A stretch of DNA of 64,000 nucleotides from a virus. This document shows positions 27,079 through 36,432 of this stretch, piece after piece. Position 1 is the stretch's first letter, and every line of letters begins with the position of its first letter. Where the stretch lies: the IMG/VR virus record IMGVR_UViG_3300046674_000362, positions 1 through 64,000 of that record; one strand, 5' to 3'. Under the pieces are notes generated by a model. The model was given only the letters and a program-made list of their open reading frames with translations. It did not search any database and had not been told where the DNA came from. The translations under genes and the position numbers were made by a program.

Positions 27079-27672
27079 TTAAGTTGGTGTACCAGTAGTG
27101 CCCGAGCCCGTCGCGACGCCGCTGTGCTTGTGATCGCTGCCGATGTTCTTGCCGTTGTTCGTGACGGTGCCGCCGATGCTCGCGCCTCCAGTGCCCGTCA
27201 TGCCCGCCTTGTAGGTGAAAGCGCCCTGCACCTCGACCTTGCCGGTAAAGGTGGAGTCAGCCGAATCGACCAGCACCTTTGGCGATGTCACCGTGGCCTG
27301 CTTGCTCGCGTTCACAACCGCCTCGGGCGTGTTGATCGTCACTTTTGCGCCCGCGTCGATGATGAATTCACCATCTGCCGTGAACTGGAAGTTTGCATGC
27401 TCGAATCTGCGCCAGTCGATGCCGTTTTCCTCCTGCCTGGGGCGGTAGCCGACGATGACCGGGTAGCGCGGATCGCCGCCGACGAAGGCCAGCCAAACCC
27501 GGTCGCCGGGCTTGACGCGGATTTCCGTATGCTCGCTCTTGTCGCCGACGGGGTTGCAGAACTGCGCCTCGGGCAAGTCAGTTGCGCCATCGGTCAGGCC
27601 GGGAATCCGCACCTTCGCAATACGCGCCTCCCGGTCGATGGAATCCACTTCAGCAGGCATCAGGCCAATCAC
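27079..27672 (-). CDS. Baseplate spike / gpV-like protein
   Basis: OB fold (VRIPGLTDG...GDRVWLAFVGGDPRYPVIVG), beta-helix repeats, terminal HKH metal-binding motif. Confidence 0.88.
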   Translation of the reverse strand: MIGLMPAEVDSIDREARIAKVRIPGLTDGATDLPEAQFCNPVGDKSEHTEIRVKPGDRVWLAFVGGDPRYPVIVGYRPRQEENGIDWRRFEHANFQFTADGEFIIDAGAKVTINTPEAVVNASKQATVTSPKVLVDSADSTFTGKVEVQGAFTYKAGMTGTGGASIGGTVTNNGKNIGSDHKHSGVATGSGTTGTPT

Positions 27673-28547
27673 GACAGTCCTCCCAGCCAGAGGCGCGAAT
27701 ACTGCTTTGCGCCGCCGCCATCCACGTTGTTTTGCAGGTAGTGCGCCGCCGTCATCACGACCAGCGGCACGTTTTGGACGTTCAGGACATCCCCGGCCCG
27801 GATGCCCAGGCTTGGCATGCAGGTGATGACCTTGCGGCGCACCAGCACGCGCCCCATCAGGCCCAGCTCGCGCGTGTTCTTGCGCGAGGTGTAGGCCATC
27901 GCCTGCCCCTCGGCGCGCTGCTCGCCCATCAGAAACTTGCCGTCCGGGCCGACGGAGAAATAGACCGGGATTTCGTCACTCTCCAGAAAGCTGCTACGGA
28001 TGTCCTCGGAGGCAATCGCCGCCACGCTCTGCACCGGCTCTTGTGCCAGCACGTCGCGCAGGCGCATTAAGCCGATCTTCCCCGCGCGCCAGATCAGCAC
28101 CGCCGATTCCTCCTGCAACACCTTGGCAAGCTGGAAGGTCGGAACATCGCCCTTGAAGCAAGCGAAGCGCCCGATGTTGATGTCGCCGCTGACGGCCATC
28201 GTTGCGCCGCAGGAGCGATAGATGGACGCGAAGCTGGCATTGTTCGCGATGACGGCCGCGCGCCGCCTGCGGGCCACGTTGACCACGGATTCAGGAAATG
28301 CCGTGATCGACACGGCCGACATCGGATAGGAGCCCTGGGTGAGCCCGCCCGCGTTCTTCATCGGCTCGCACTTGATGATGCGGAAGTCGATTTCGTTCAC
28401 GCGGATCACGCTGCCGTCTTGGAAGTCGCTCGCGGTTTCCGGCGTCAGGCGTATTTGCGCCTCGAACGTCAGTGGGATCGGGGCCAAGTCGTAGCGCAGG
28501 CAGGCCGACAGGACCATATCGCCGCGCAGGCCGTTCACAGAAATCAT
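27669..28547 (-). CDS. Baseplate hub-like protein
   Basis: Coupled upstream of the spike gene; beta-rich. Confidence 0.6.
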   Translation of the reverse strand: MISVNGLRGDMVLSACLRYDLAPIPLTFEAQIRLTPETASDFQDGSVIRVNEIDFRIIKCEPMKNAGGLTQGSYPMSAVSITAFPESVVNVARRRRAAVIANNASFASIYRSCGATMAVSGDINIGRFACFKGDVPTFQLAKVLQEESAVLIWRAGKIGLMRLRDVLAQEPVQSVAAIASEDIRSSFLESDEIPVYFSVGPDGKFLMGEQRAEGQAMAYTSRKNTRELGLMGRVLVRRKVITCMPSLGIRAGDVLNVQNVPLVVMTAAHYLQNNVDGGGAKQYSRLWLGGLS

Positions 28548-28744
28548 GGGCGTCCCTGCTGGTGCTGGCGGTATGCGTCATGCCCGATCACGCCCTTGCA
28601 GCGGCGGCAGGCGTAATGCGACGGAGAGCGGCTATTCAGCGCGGCGAAGTCATGCTCGGCGCAGGCAGCGAGCGCGGCCTCGTTCTCCGCTGCCATTTCG
28701 GCGGCAGTGGCCTTGATGTCGGCCATATCCAGATCGACGTGCAT
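28544..28744 (-). CDS. Small Zn-binding protein
   Basis: CAEH...CRRC; coupled on both sides. Confidence 0.55.
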   Translation of the reverse strand: MHVDLDMADIKATAAEMAAENEAALAACAEHDFAALNSRSPSHYACRRCKGVIGHDAYRQHQQGRP

Positions 28745-29124
28745 CAGATCGACTCGGGCACCGCCGAGAAAGCGAGGCGCGGCAAGTCCACCGTTTCATA
28801 CTGCCGGATGTCGCCCTCAATCGAATTCACGTCGCGGCCGTACACGTCCACGCCCTGCATGCGCGAGGCTTCGAGGGCGCGGGCGTTCTCCCGCTCGACG
28901 TACAGCATGAACAGGGGCTTGATGACGCCCCATTCGGCCGGGGCAATCGGCAGGCTGTCGTTGATGGCGGCCAGCTCGTCGGCGCTATCCGGCGCGACGC
29001 CCGACAGGTCGCCCCAGGTCGCGAACTGGCGGGCCGCCGCGACGGCCAGCTCCAGCACCTTGTCATCTTCAATGACGAGGCCGAAAACCCAGTTGACCGA
29101 TACGGCCAGATCATTGAGCGTCAC
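28744..29124 (-). CDS. P1-like morphogenetic protein
   Basis: EWGVIKPLFMLYVERENARALEASR; late operon position. Confidence 0.6.
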   Translation of the reverse strand: MTLNDLAVSVNWVFGLVIEDDKVLELAVAAARQFATWGDLSGVAPDSADELAAINDSLPIAPAEWGVIKPLFMLYVERENARALEASRMQGVDVYGRDVNSIEGDIRQYETVDLPRLAFSAVPESI

Positions 29125-29133
29125 GCCGGTTCC

Positions 29134-29622
29134 TTAGATATTGCCGGAGATTTTTTCGCCGAAGTAGTGGAAGAACAGCGTGCCGGAAATGGTCGTCACC
29201 TGCGAACGGTTCTCCCAGTCGCGGTCAGGGTTCTCGAATTGCAGGAAGCAATCCACGATGCGGCAGCCGCGCGAATGGCGCTCCAGCGTGCCCTCGTACA
29301 CGGCCGCCTGGAACTTGTTGCCCTGCGCTGCAATCTGCTCGATGAAGGTTTCGAGGTCGCCGCGCACGGTTTCGTAGAACGAGACTTGGCCTTGCATTGC
29401 CGGGTTGAGCTGCTGCTGTTGCCATTGCTTGCTGCCCATCGGGGAAGCGATTTCGATTTCGCCTGCGGTCGAGAGGATCGGCCAGGGGAATTGCTTGCAC
29501 AGCAGGCGCAAATGCTCGAAGCCGTCGATGACGAACATCGCGTCCGAGGAAACGGACTTGTCGCCCAGGGCTTTAACGAGCCCGTAGGATTGCGCCAGGA
29601 ATGCCGGGGTGGAAACAGTCAT
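29134..29622 (-). CDS. Tail tube-like protein
   Basis: 162 aa, beta-rich (LCKQFPWP...GEIEI...FYET..G); first gene after a late promoter. Confidence 0.65.
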   Translation of the reverse strand: MTVSTPAFLAQSYGLVKALGDKSVSSDAMFVIDGFEHLRLLCKQFPWPILSTAGEIEIASPMGSKQWQQQQLNPAMQGQVSFYETVRGDLETFIEQIAAQGNKFQAAVYEGTLERHSRGCRIVDCFLQFENPDRDWENRSQVTTISGTLFFHYFGEKISGNI

Positions 29623-29655
29623 GTATCACCTGTAAAAGTGGAGGTTCGATAACCC

Positions 29656-29697
29656 ACTTTACGGCCTGCCAGGGTAGCCCTCGGCCCGACTTTTCCT
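29656..29697 (-). promoter_or_regulatory. Late promoter element
   Basis: AGGAAAA-N29-TAAAGT. Confidence 0.75.
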
Positions 29698-29700
29698 ATC

Positions 29701-29725
29701 AAAAAAAAAGCCCGCCGAAGCGGGC
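29701..29725 (-). terminator. Rho-independent terminator
   Basis: GCCCGC-ttcg-GCGGGC followed by T9 on the minus strand. Confidence 0.88.
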
Positions 29726-29743
29726 CAAATCCATGAGGGCGCG

Positions 29744-30181
29744 TCAGAAACGCCGGGGCATTTCTCCCGATATTTTCGACAGCCTCGGGGCGAGATACGG
29801 CTGGAATTCCTCGGGGCGGGTGACGATCCGCGCGCGCTCCAGCGCATACATCGCCTTCAGCAGCAATTCGCCGTTGGTGAAGTATTCATTTTGCGGCGCG
29901 TTGATCGCGCGGCTCGCCTCCTTGTCGATGACAGCCGAGGACACAACATAGGAAATGCAATACTCCACATCGCGCCCGACGTGCTTGTTTCGGCGGCTGG
30001 TATCGAGCCCGGCATAGCAGTTTTCCGCCTCCTGCACGAGCCCGGTGACGCCGGTTTTCCTGTACGTCGCGAGCGCAGCATCCATCGCCCGCTCGATGTT
30101 CCTGTTGCTGTCCCACGAGTCGGCCAGCGCGGGGAGGCTGGCCGCCAGCAGCGCGCCAGCCAAGATGAGCTTTTTGAACAT
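29744..30181 (-). CDS. Secreted/periplasmic protein of unknown function (moron-like)
   Basis: Sec signal MFKKLILAGALLAASLPALA; AGGAGG RBS; two Cys; own terminator. Confidence 0.8.
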   Translation of the reverse strand: MFKKLILAGALLAASLPALADSWDSNRNIERAMDAALATYRKTGVTGLVQEAENCYAGLDTSRRNKHVGRDVEYCISYVVSSAVIDKEASRAINAPQNEYFTNGELLLKAMYALERARIVTRPEEFQPYLAPRLSKISGEMPRRF

Positions 30182-30237
30182 GGTTCCTCCTGAATGGTTT
30201 GTTGCTAGTGTGACATAGTTATGTGCCAGCCTGCAAA

Positions 30238-32358
30238 TTACCCGCTGATGCCTCCGGTTGCGATCTGCGCCAGCCTGCGGTCGCGCACGTCCTGATTCGC
30301 CATCTGGTCGTTCGCCAGCGTCACGACCGTAGGGCCATCGCTGTTCAGCTTTACCGGGACTTCCGCGCGGGGCGCAGCCGACGGCACCGGCGGGGCGCTG
30401 ACCGCCGCCGCTGGGATACTGGCCGGGGGAGGCAGGCGCGATAGGCCGGGGGCGGTCGTCGTCACGCTTGGAACGCTTGCGCCTGGGGCGGCCGTCGCTA
30501 TCGGCACCGGCCCGCTCGCGGCCGGGGTGGCGGCTGTCTGCGACGACTTGCCGATGATCGGGCTGGCGCGAGCTTCCAGCGCCGCGCTGTTCTTGTCCAT
30601 GTACTCCTTGGCCGTCTTGGAGCCCGCACCGTAGTTCTTCGCTACCGCGCCCTGCGTCGCTTCGGAGAGCTGGCTGATCGTCTTGCCGCTCGCAGCGCCC
30701 GCAATCAGCTCCTTGGCCGCATCCGGCCCCAGTTGGTGCATCATGTACAGGTTTTCGGCCGTCGCGGGCAATCGGGCTTTCCGCAGGATGTCCGCGTTCT
30801 GCTTTGCCAGGGCGATGCCGCCAGCGATGTTCTGGTCCTCGTTGAAGCGATCCCGCACGCCGATGCCGGACGCGGTTTTCCCGGTGAGCTGCATGACGCC
30901 GATAGCGCCAGTTGAAGAAACGGCGTTCGGATTGCCACCCGACTCCATCGCCGCGAACTTCAGCATCGTTTCCGGGTTCTCCCCGGCCGCCTTTGCCTGG
31001 GCGATGATCTTGTCCCGCACGCGATCAGACATGCCGCCCCTCGGGTTGGCGCTGGTGTCTGCGCCGCTGGCCTTGAGCTGGCGGATTCGCTCTGCCTCGG
31101 CATCGGTATAGCGCCCATTCTCGGCCAGGGATTCGCCGCCCTTGATGCCGCTGAAGTTGGCCTTGTGCCGGTAGCCGGGCATGATTTTTTCGAGCCAAGA
31201 GCCGCCCTTTGTCTGGATCGCATCGGATGCGCCACCGATGCCGCCCTTGATGTCCACGCCGGTTGCGCTCTTGATCGCATCGTTCGCCGCGTTCCCCATG
31301 TTGCCGACGATGTTGAGCTTTTCCTTCAGGAAGTTCGCAATCGGCTCCCACAGGCCCATGAACTTTTGGAGAACGTTGTCCCATGCCTTGCCGATCCGGT
31401 CGCTCAGCGCCATCCATCCGGCCGTGAGCGCACCGATAATCGCGATCCCGACTGGGCTGAAAATCAGCTTGATCGCCTGCATGATGATCCCGTCGCCGTC
31501 GCCGCCACTGCCGCCGCCGTTGCCTTTGATCGCGCGTACCTCGGCCTGACTAAATTCGCGGTCCTCCTTGCGCATCAGGCGCAGTTGCACGAGCATGCGG
31601 CGATACCACGGTACGGCCGAATCGCGCTCCTTCTGGCCTCCGCTGAAGCCCCGGCCGATCACTGCCTTGCCGACCGCACCAATGCCCTTCAACGGGCCTG
31701 CAACCATGTTGCGCAGCTCGTTCGCCGCCTCAATCGCCGGGTCGATCTTTTCCAGCTCGCCGCTACTGCTCATGCCGCCCTTGATGACATCCTTCAGCCG
31801 CGAAAGCATGCCATCCTTGTCGCCCTTCGTGCTGCCGCCGCCATCGCGGCCTTCGCCATTGCCGCCGCCCGAGCCGAAGCGCCCGCGCGCATCACGCGGC
31901 TGGGCGCTGGCAGCGCTTGGCTCATTGCCCTGGTTGCGCTGGGATTCTTCCGCCCGGCGCGCGCTGGCGGCCTGCTGCGCCTGCTGGCGCGTAAGCTGGT
32001 TCACGGCTCGCTCGACCGTCGCCCCGGCCTCGGCCTGGGGGATGCTTGCCACGAATCGGCCGGTCTGCGGATCGCGCTGGCGCGTGCTGGCGCTTCCTGC
32101 GGCCAGGGGCGGGCTCGATGGGTCGCCACGCTGTCCGCTTGCCGCCGCTCGGGCGCTGCCGCCGCTGCCGCCGCTCGGGCGCTGGCGGCTGCTGGCGCTG
32201 GTCGTGCGCGCCCGCTGGAGCACGCTGGAGCGCGCACGCCCGCTCAGCAATCGAATCAGCGTGCTCGTGTCGCGCTTGATGCCCTTCAGGAGCGGCGTCG
32301 CCGCGTCGGCGCTCAGCCTGCGATCCGCGATGAGAAAGCCATTGTTGTCTGAATCCAC
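30238..32358 (-). CDS. Tape-measure/injection protein with lytic transglycosylase domain (P1 Sit-like)
   Basis: AAMESGGNPNAVSSTGAIGVMQL (SLT motifs I and II); one TM segment; repeated RD..GRF motifs. Confidence 0.8.
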   Translation of the reverse strand: MDSDNNGFLIADRRLSADAATPLLKGIKRDTSTLIRLLSGRARSSVLQRARTTSASSRQRPSGGSGGSARAAASGQRGDPSSPPLAAGSASTRQRDPQTGRFVASIPQAEAGATVERAVNQLTRQQAQQAASARRAEESQRNQGNEPSAASAQPRDARGRFGSGGGNGEGRDGGGSTKGDKDGMLSRLKDVIKGGMSSSGELEKIDPAIEAANELRNMVAGPLKGIGAVGKAVIGRGFSGGQKERDSAVPWYRRMLVQLRLMRKEDREFSQAEVRAIKGNGGGSGGDGDGIIMQAIKLIFSPVGIAIIGALTAGWMALSDRIGKAWDNVLQKFMGLWEPIANFLKEKLNIVGNMGNAANDAIKSATGVDIKGGIGGASDAIQTKGGSWLEKIMPGYRHKANFSGIKGGESLAENGRYTDAEAERIRQLKASGADTSANPRGGMSDRVRDKIIAQAKAAGENPETMLKFAAMESGGNPNAVSSTGAIGVMQLTGKTASGIGVRDRFNEDQNIAGGIALAKQNADILRKARLPATAENLYMMHQLGPDAAKELIAGAASGKTISQLSEATQGAVAKNYGAGSKTAKEYMDKNSAALEARASPIIGKSSQTAATPAASGPVPIATAAPGASVPSVTTTAPGLSRLPPPASIPAAAVSAPPVPSAAPRAEVPVKLNSDGPTVVTLANDQMANQDVRDRRLAQIATGGISG

Positions 32359-32373
32359 TTGTTGCCGCTCCTG

Positions 32374-33147
32374 TTACATGAAGGTGTCGAACTGGGTAAA
32401 TACTAGTTGGAGCTGCTGGAGCGTGTCATCGCTGCGCGACAGCTCAATATCAATCGAGGATGGGCGCACCACGAAGGTTTCCTTGTAGCTGCCGAACAGC
32501 GAGCCGCCGATTTCGTCAATGGCCGACTGGGTGACGCGCATGGTGATGAGGTAATCGACCGGCAGGCCAATGGTCCCGTCCTGATGCTCGATCTTGGAAC
32601 ACTTGGCATCGAACCACTTCCTGATCGTGCCCTTCGTATCGTCGTAGGTCGTGATGCGCAGCTCGACCCGCTCGGACCCGGTTACGATGTCAAACTGCGC
32701 CATCCCGACGGCCTTGGCCTCACTGGTGATCGTCCACGGCCCGTAGGCCACGTCGGTGGCGAACAGGTTGAAGGCATGGCTGATGTCCTTGGAGCCACTC
32801 GGGGGCTTCCAGTCCTCGATTTCGAGGAACCACAGATTTTTCTTGGAATACTGCGTCGCCTGGACTTCGGCTGCGATCCGGCGCGCTTCGTCCAGCGTGA
32901 TCCCGCCCAGCAGCGGGTTTTTCTTCAGCGCCTTGGCGATCTTGCCGGTGACAAACCCGGTGAGGCCATCGGCCACCGCACCCGCGAGGTCGCCGCGCAG
33001 GGCGCGCGAGGCGGCCCCTTGCAGGCTTTTCGGCACGAACTTGCCGATCACGGAATTTCCGAGCGACTGGCCGATAGCGCCCAGCGAGGGAATCCGGCTC
33101 GATACGTTGGCCGTTATCTGACTTGCGATGGAGTCGAACAGGCTCAT
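32374..33147 (-). CDS. P1-like tail/baseplate morphogenetic protein
   Basis: Coupled to the portal gene; tube-like C-terminal region. Confidence 0.6.
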   Translation of the reverse strand: MSLFDSIASQITANVSSRIPSLGAIGQSLGNSVIGKFVPKSLQGAASRALRGDLAGAVADGLTGFVTGKIAKALKKNPLLGGITLDEARRIAAEVQATQYSKKNLWFLEIEDWKPPSGSKDISHAFNLFATDVAYGPWTITSEAKAVGMAQFDIVTGSERVELRITTYDDTKGTIRKWFDAKCSKIEHQDGTIGLPVDYLITMRVTQSAIDEIGGSLFGSYKETFVVRPSSIDIELSRSDDTLQQLQLVFTQFDTFM

Positions 33148-34724
33148 CCTTCAGCGCCTCCACCGGCACCGCCGAATCCACCGCCACCGCCACCGAATCC
33201 GCCGCCGCTGCCGTCATCTTCGGCCGGGGGCTTCGCCATGCCCTTGACGATCAGATCGGCCTGATCCTCGTCCAGCAGCATGATCTTGGTCAGCACCTCC
33301 TTCAGCGCCGCATCATCCAGCCTCAAGTCGCGCAACTGGGCAAGTGTCTGCGCCATGATCGCGCCGGTATTCATTGCCTCGGACTTGGTTTTCTGGCGCT
33401 CAGTTTCGAGCGCGCTGATGGTGCCGTAGAAGTTGACTACCCAGGGGCGCTCATCGGCCGTGAACACATAGCCGTATTTGCTGTACGTGTGGATGTCGAT
33501 GACATGGTTGAAGAACTCCGTCATGCCCACGCGCAGCAGGCGCGAGCGCTCTGCGGCCTGCGCCGAGGTGCGGAAGAACCCGCCGTCACCCAAACCTCCC
33601 GACAGCAGCTCGGCAAAGCCCAGCATGGACAGGTCGATCCCCAGCGCAGCGGCCAGCATCTTCGCGTGAAACAGCACGTCCTCGATACTGATGCTGCCAC
33701 TCGTGCCGCGCCCACCGCCGCCCGTCAGCGTGCCATTCAGGGCGGTGAGCTGCTTGTCGCCGTAGACCGGCATCAGGTTGTAGACGCGGGACAGGACCGG
33801 CCTGCCCGATGCGATAGCTTCCTCGGCGCGCTTTTTCGATGCGGTCAGGATCGACTTCAGGTTCGTCATGTAGGACTTGCGCTGCTCCTTCGTCATGCTG
33901 TCCATGTTCACGGTCAGCATGGACTCGTCAATCGAGTCGAGCACCCGCTGGCCGACAAGACCGGCGAGGGCCGCCGACAGCGCATCGTATGGACCTTCGG
34001 CGCTGTCGAGGAACGAGCCGCCGATCAGCGACGGCAGCAGCGGCAATTCGTTGATGTCGTCCTCCTTGAGCGCCAGCCGGATCGACTTCTCGACGGCGCG
34101 CACCTGGGGGATGTAGACCATGCGCGGCATCTTCATGCGCGCCATCTGGTCGAGGCCCAGGCGCTCGGTGAACTTCGGGCCAGATGCGACGACAAAGCCC
34201 ACCGTCGTGTTACCCCGTTCGTAGGATGTCACCATCGCCGGATGCACGATTTCGTCCACGTAGACATCGACCACGCCGCGTTTGCCGTCGGTGTACACGC
34301 GGCCGTAGGCGTCGCCATAGGCTGCGCCGTGGAAGCCGACTGTATAGGCGATGCGGTTCAGGAGCGGGGCCAGATCGGCGCGGATTTCATCGACAATCTT
34401 CTGTTTGGCCTTGTCATCCTTGAAAGCGGCCGCAGCCTCCAGAAACACCACGTCACCGGATGTCTCATGCCCTCCCAGGGCGGCCGTGACGTGCAGGCGC
34501 AGGGCCGTGGAAATGATGGGATCGCCCACCATTTCAATCCACTTCTGGTAAATCTGCTGGCGGTTCCGCGCAAGCCGCTTCGTACTGCCCAGCAGCATCG
34601 AAACGGACAGGCCATCGGTCATTGCATCCGATTCCTCGGCCTGCCCGATCTGGTGGCTGGCGACGTGCTTGCGGCCGAAAAGGCTGGCGATAAACCCTTT
34701 GACGCGGCTATCTGATTGGGGCAT
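33144..34724 (-). CDS. prt: Portal protein (P1 Prt-like)
   Basis: 526 aa; M..DPIISTALRLHVTAALGG, LGID.SMLGF...LSGGLGDGGFFRTS.Q. Confidence 0.82.
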   Translation of the reverse strand: MPQSDSRVKGFIASLFGRKHVASHQIGQAEESDAMTDGLSVSMLLGSTKRLARNRQQIYQKWIEMVGDPIISTALRLHVTAALGGHETSGDVVFLEAAAAFKDDKAKQKIVDEIRADLAPLLNRIAYTVGFHGAAYGDAYGRVYTDGKRGVVDVYVDEIVHPAMVTSYERGNTTVGFVVASGPKFTERLGLDQMARMKMPRMVYIPQVRAVEKSIRLALKEDDINELPLLPSLIGGSFLDSAEGPYDALSAALAGLVGQRVLDSIDESMLTVNMDSMTKEQRKSYMTNLKSILTASKKRAEEAIASGRPVLSRVYNLMPVYGDKQLTALNGTLTGGGGRGTSGSISIEDVLFHAKMLAAALGIDLSMLGFAELLSGGLGDGGFFRTSAQAAERSRLLRVGMTEFFNHVIDIHTYSKYGYVFTADERPWVVNFYGTISALETERQKTKSEAMNTGAIMAQTLAQLRDLRLDDAALKEVLTKIMLLDEDQADLIVKGMAKPPAEDDGSGGGFGGGGGGFGGAGGGAEG

Positions 34725-34753
34725 GGCTGCTCATGGTAATGAATCCAACAGCC

Positions 34754-34795
34754 ATTGTTGCGCCTGCCGAGGGGAGGCCCGGCGCTGATTTTCCT
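34754..34795 (-). promoter_or_regulatory. Late promoter element for the portal operon
   Basis: AGGAAAA-N29-AACAAT. Confidence 0.8.
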
Positions 34796-34801
34796 GCAAT
34801 G

Positions 34802-34826
34802 AAAAAAGCCCGCTCGGGGCGGGCTT
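34802..34826 (-). terminator. Rho-independent terminator
   Basis: GCCCGC hairpin followed by T6 on the minus strand. Confidence 0.85.
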
Positions 34827-34847
34827 CTGGCGGGCTGGTGCTGGGGA

Positions 34848-35204
34848 TCAGGGCATCCACTCGCCCGCTTCGTTGCGCATCGGGAGGTCGCGGCCGCGCT
34901 CCATCGACGCGGTATCCTCTTGGGTCCAGTGCCCACTGTCGAACGCATCGCGGTCGGATTCCGTGCTGTCCCAGCGGTGAGGCTGGCCGTCGTAGTGCCA
35001 TTCCGCGCCCAGGGACTCGCCCGAGCAAGTGCGGGGCTTACCATCCGGGTCCGTATAGTGGACGCAGCCGCCAAAATCCGGCTCCGGGGTTTCCAGCTCG
35101 GTCACGGTGGCCGCGAACGGCCCGCCGAGGCCCAGCACGGTGATGGTGCTGCCTACGCCGATCACCTCGCCGCTGTCGGTGAGGATCAGTTCAAACTTGC
35201 TCAT
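34848..35204 (-). CDS. Small acidic hypothetical early protein
   Basis: ORF with an AAGGT RBS; lies in a two-gene unit under an early-type promoter. Confidence 0.7.
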   Translation of the reverse strand: MSKFELILTDSGEVIGVGSTITVLGLGGPFAATVTELETPEPDFGGCVHYTDPDGKPRTCSGESLGAEWHYDGQPHRWDSTESDRDAFDSGHWTQEDTASMERGRDLPMRNEAGEWMP

Positions 35205-35234
35205 GGTGAGTACCTTTCGTGTTGGTCGTTCGGG

Positions 35235-35828
35235 TCAGAATGGGATGTCGTCTGGAATTGCAGCAATGCGGGCACGCTCGGCGTCGCTCATCGGCGGCAG
35301 CGGCTTATACAGCTCCGGGCGCAGGGCGCGCATCCGTGCGCCGATCAACTCAGCCTCGGCCAGCAGCTTGCCCTTCTCATCATCCGAGCGCTGAGCCCAG
35401 CAGGATGGATGCTGCCCCGGCCCGGCGTCGCCGAACATGGCGCACTCGGAACGGTATTGTGTCATGCGCTCGGCGGCGCTTTCGTCAATCTCGTTGATGA
35501 TTTCGCCGATTTCGTTGTGCCGCGCTTCGAGGGCGTCATAGTCGTCCGACAGCAGCAGATCAGGGACGGCCGCCACCGGCTCGGCCTCGGGCTCGCAGTT
35601 GCGCAGGAACACCACGACGGTGCCGTAGTCGGACACGGCGCGGACGCTCTTGACCGCGCGCACGGTCGGCAGCTCGTCGGCCGGGGTGTCATGGAACTGC
35701 TCGCGGATCGCGGTTTCCAGGGAGTGCCCAGCCATTTCGGCGAAGCGGGCCATTGCCTTGTCGATGCTCTTGTAGCTGCGGCGGTCGCTGCCGTCAACGT
35801 CGCGGGTGTGTACGGTGTAGTTGCTCAT
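35235..35828 (-). CDS. Acidic hypothetical early protein ending in an SSB-like DDIPF tail
   Basis: GGAGAGGA RBS before ATG 35828; C-terminus IPDDIPF. Confidence 0.8.
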   Translation of the reverse strand: MSNYTVHTRDVDGSDRRSYKSIDKAMARFAEMAGHSLETAIREQFHDTPADELPTVRAVKSVRAVSDYGTVVVFLRNCEPEAEPVAAVPDLLLSDDYDALEARHNEIGEIINEIDESAAERMTQYRSECAMFGDAGPGQHPSCWAQRSDDEKGKLLAEAELIGARMRALRPELYKPLPPMSDAERARIAAIPDDIPF

Positions 35829-35869
35829 GGTCTGGTCCTCTCCGGTCGCTGCGCCGTGGCGCTGTCTCA

Positions 35870-35910
35870 ATGAATCGAATTGTACGCGCTCACAATTTGA
35901 ATCGTCAAGC
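35870..35910 (-). promoter_or_regulatory. Early promoter with overlapping palindromic operator (copy 1 of 3)
   Basis: GCTTGACG-attcaa-ATTGTGAGCGCG-TACAAT-tcGATTCAT. Confidence 0.85.
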
Positions 35911-35933
35911 GGTTCTTTTTTGTGACGCAAACG

Positions 35934-35957
35934 AAAAAGCCCGGACGTGCCGGGCTT
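35934..35957 (-). terminator. Terminator of the darB operon
   Basis: AAGCCCGG-cacgt-CCGGGC followed by T5. Confidence 0.8.
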
Positions 35958-35978
35958 CGATGGGAGGGGAGGGAGGCG

Positions 35979-36386
35979 TCAGGCGCGCGCGGCCTGATCC
36001 GGGTCGTACAGCACCAGCGTGCCCGCAGGCAGCTCGTATTCAGAGGTCAGCACGCCCACGCCGCCAATGTTGTCGTCGCCGAACTCCCAGGCGGCCAGCA
36101 AAGTGAGTTCCGGGCTCACCGCGCCGTCCTCGCCCTTGATGGCGTATTCGTCCGCCCAGGTCGGCTCATCATAGGTGCCGACGGCCAGCCCGCCCGCGCG
36201 CAGGATACGCTTCATGGCCCACCAGTACGGGCCGTAGCGCAGGTACGCCGTCAGGCTTTTCCCGAGCACCTTGCGGGTTTGCTCGATGAAGATGGGCAGC
36301 AGCGGCTTGCCGCCGACTTGCTTGGACAGGTCGGCCAGCTTTCCGCGCAGGTAGTTCGGGTCGATCTTGTAGTCTGGTTCGCTCAT
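35979..36386 (-). CDS. Small protein downstream of darB (Ulx position in P1)
   Basis: YLRYGPYWWAMKRIL; synteny only. Confidence 0.6.
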   Translation of the reverse strand: MSEPDYKIDPNYLRGKLADLSKQVGGKPLLPIFIEQTRKVLGKSLTAYLRYGPYWWAMKRILRAGGLAVGTYDEPTWADEYAIKGEDGAVSPELTLLAAWEFGDDNIGGVGVLTSEYELPAGTLVLYDPDQAARA

Positions 36387-36432
36387 ATCGTTCTATCGTT
36401 GGTGCCGCCCCGGAGTGGGGCGGCAGGTTATG

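Noticed and set aside
35878-35897. lac-operator-like sequence as cloning-vector contamination
   Set aside because: Two related copies sit in native promoter contexts, the flanks are phage-like and no other vector sequence is present.
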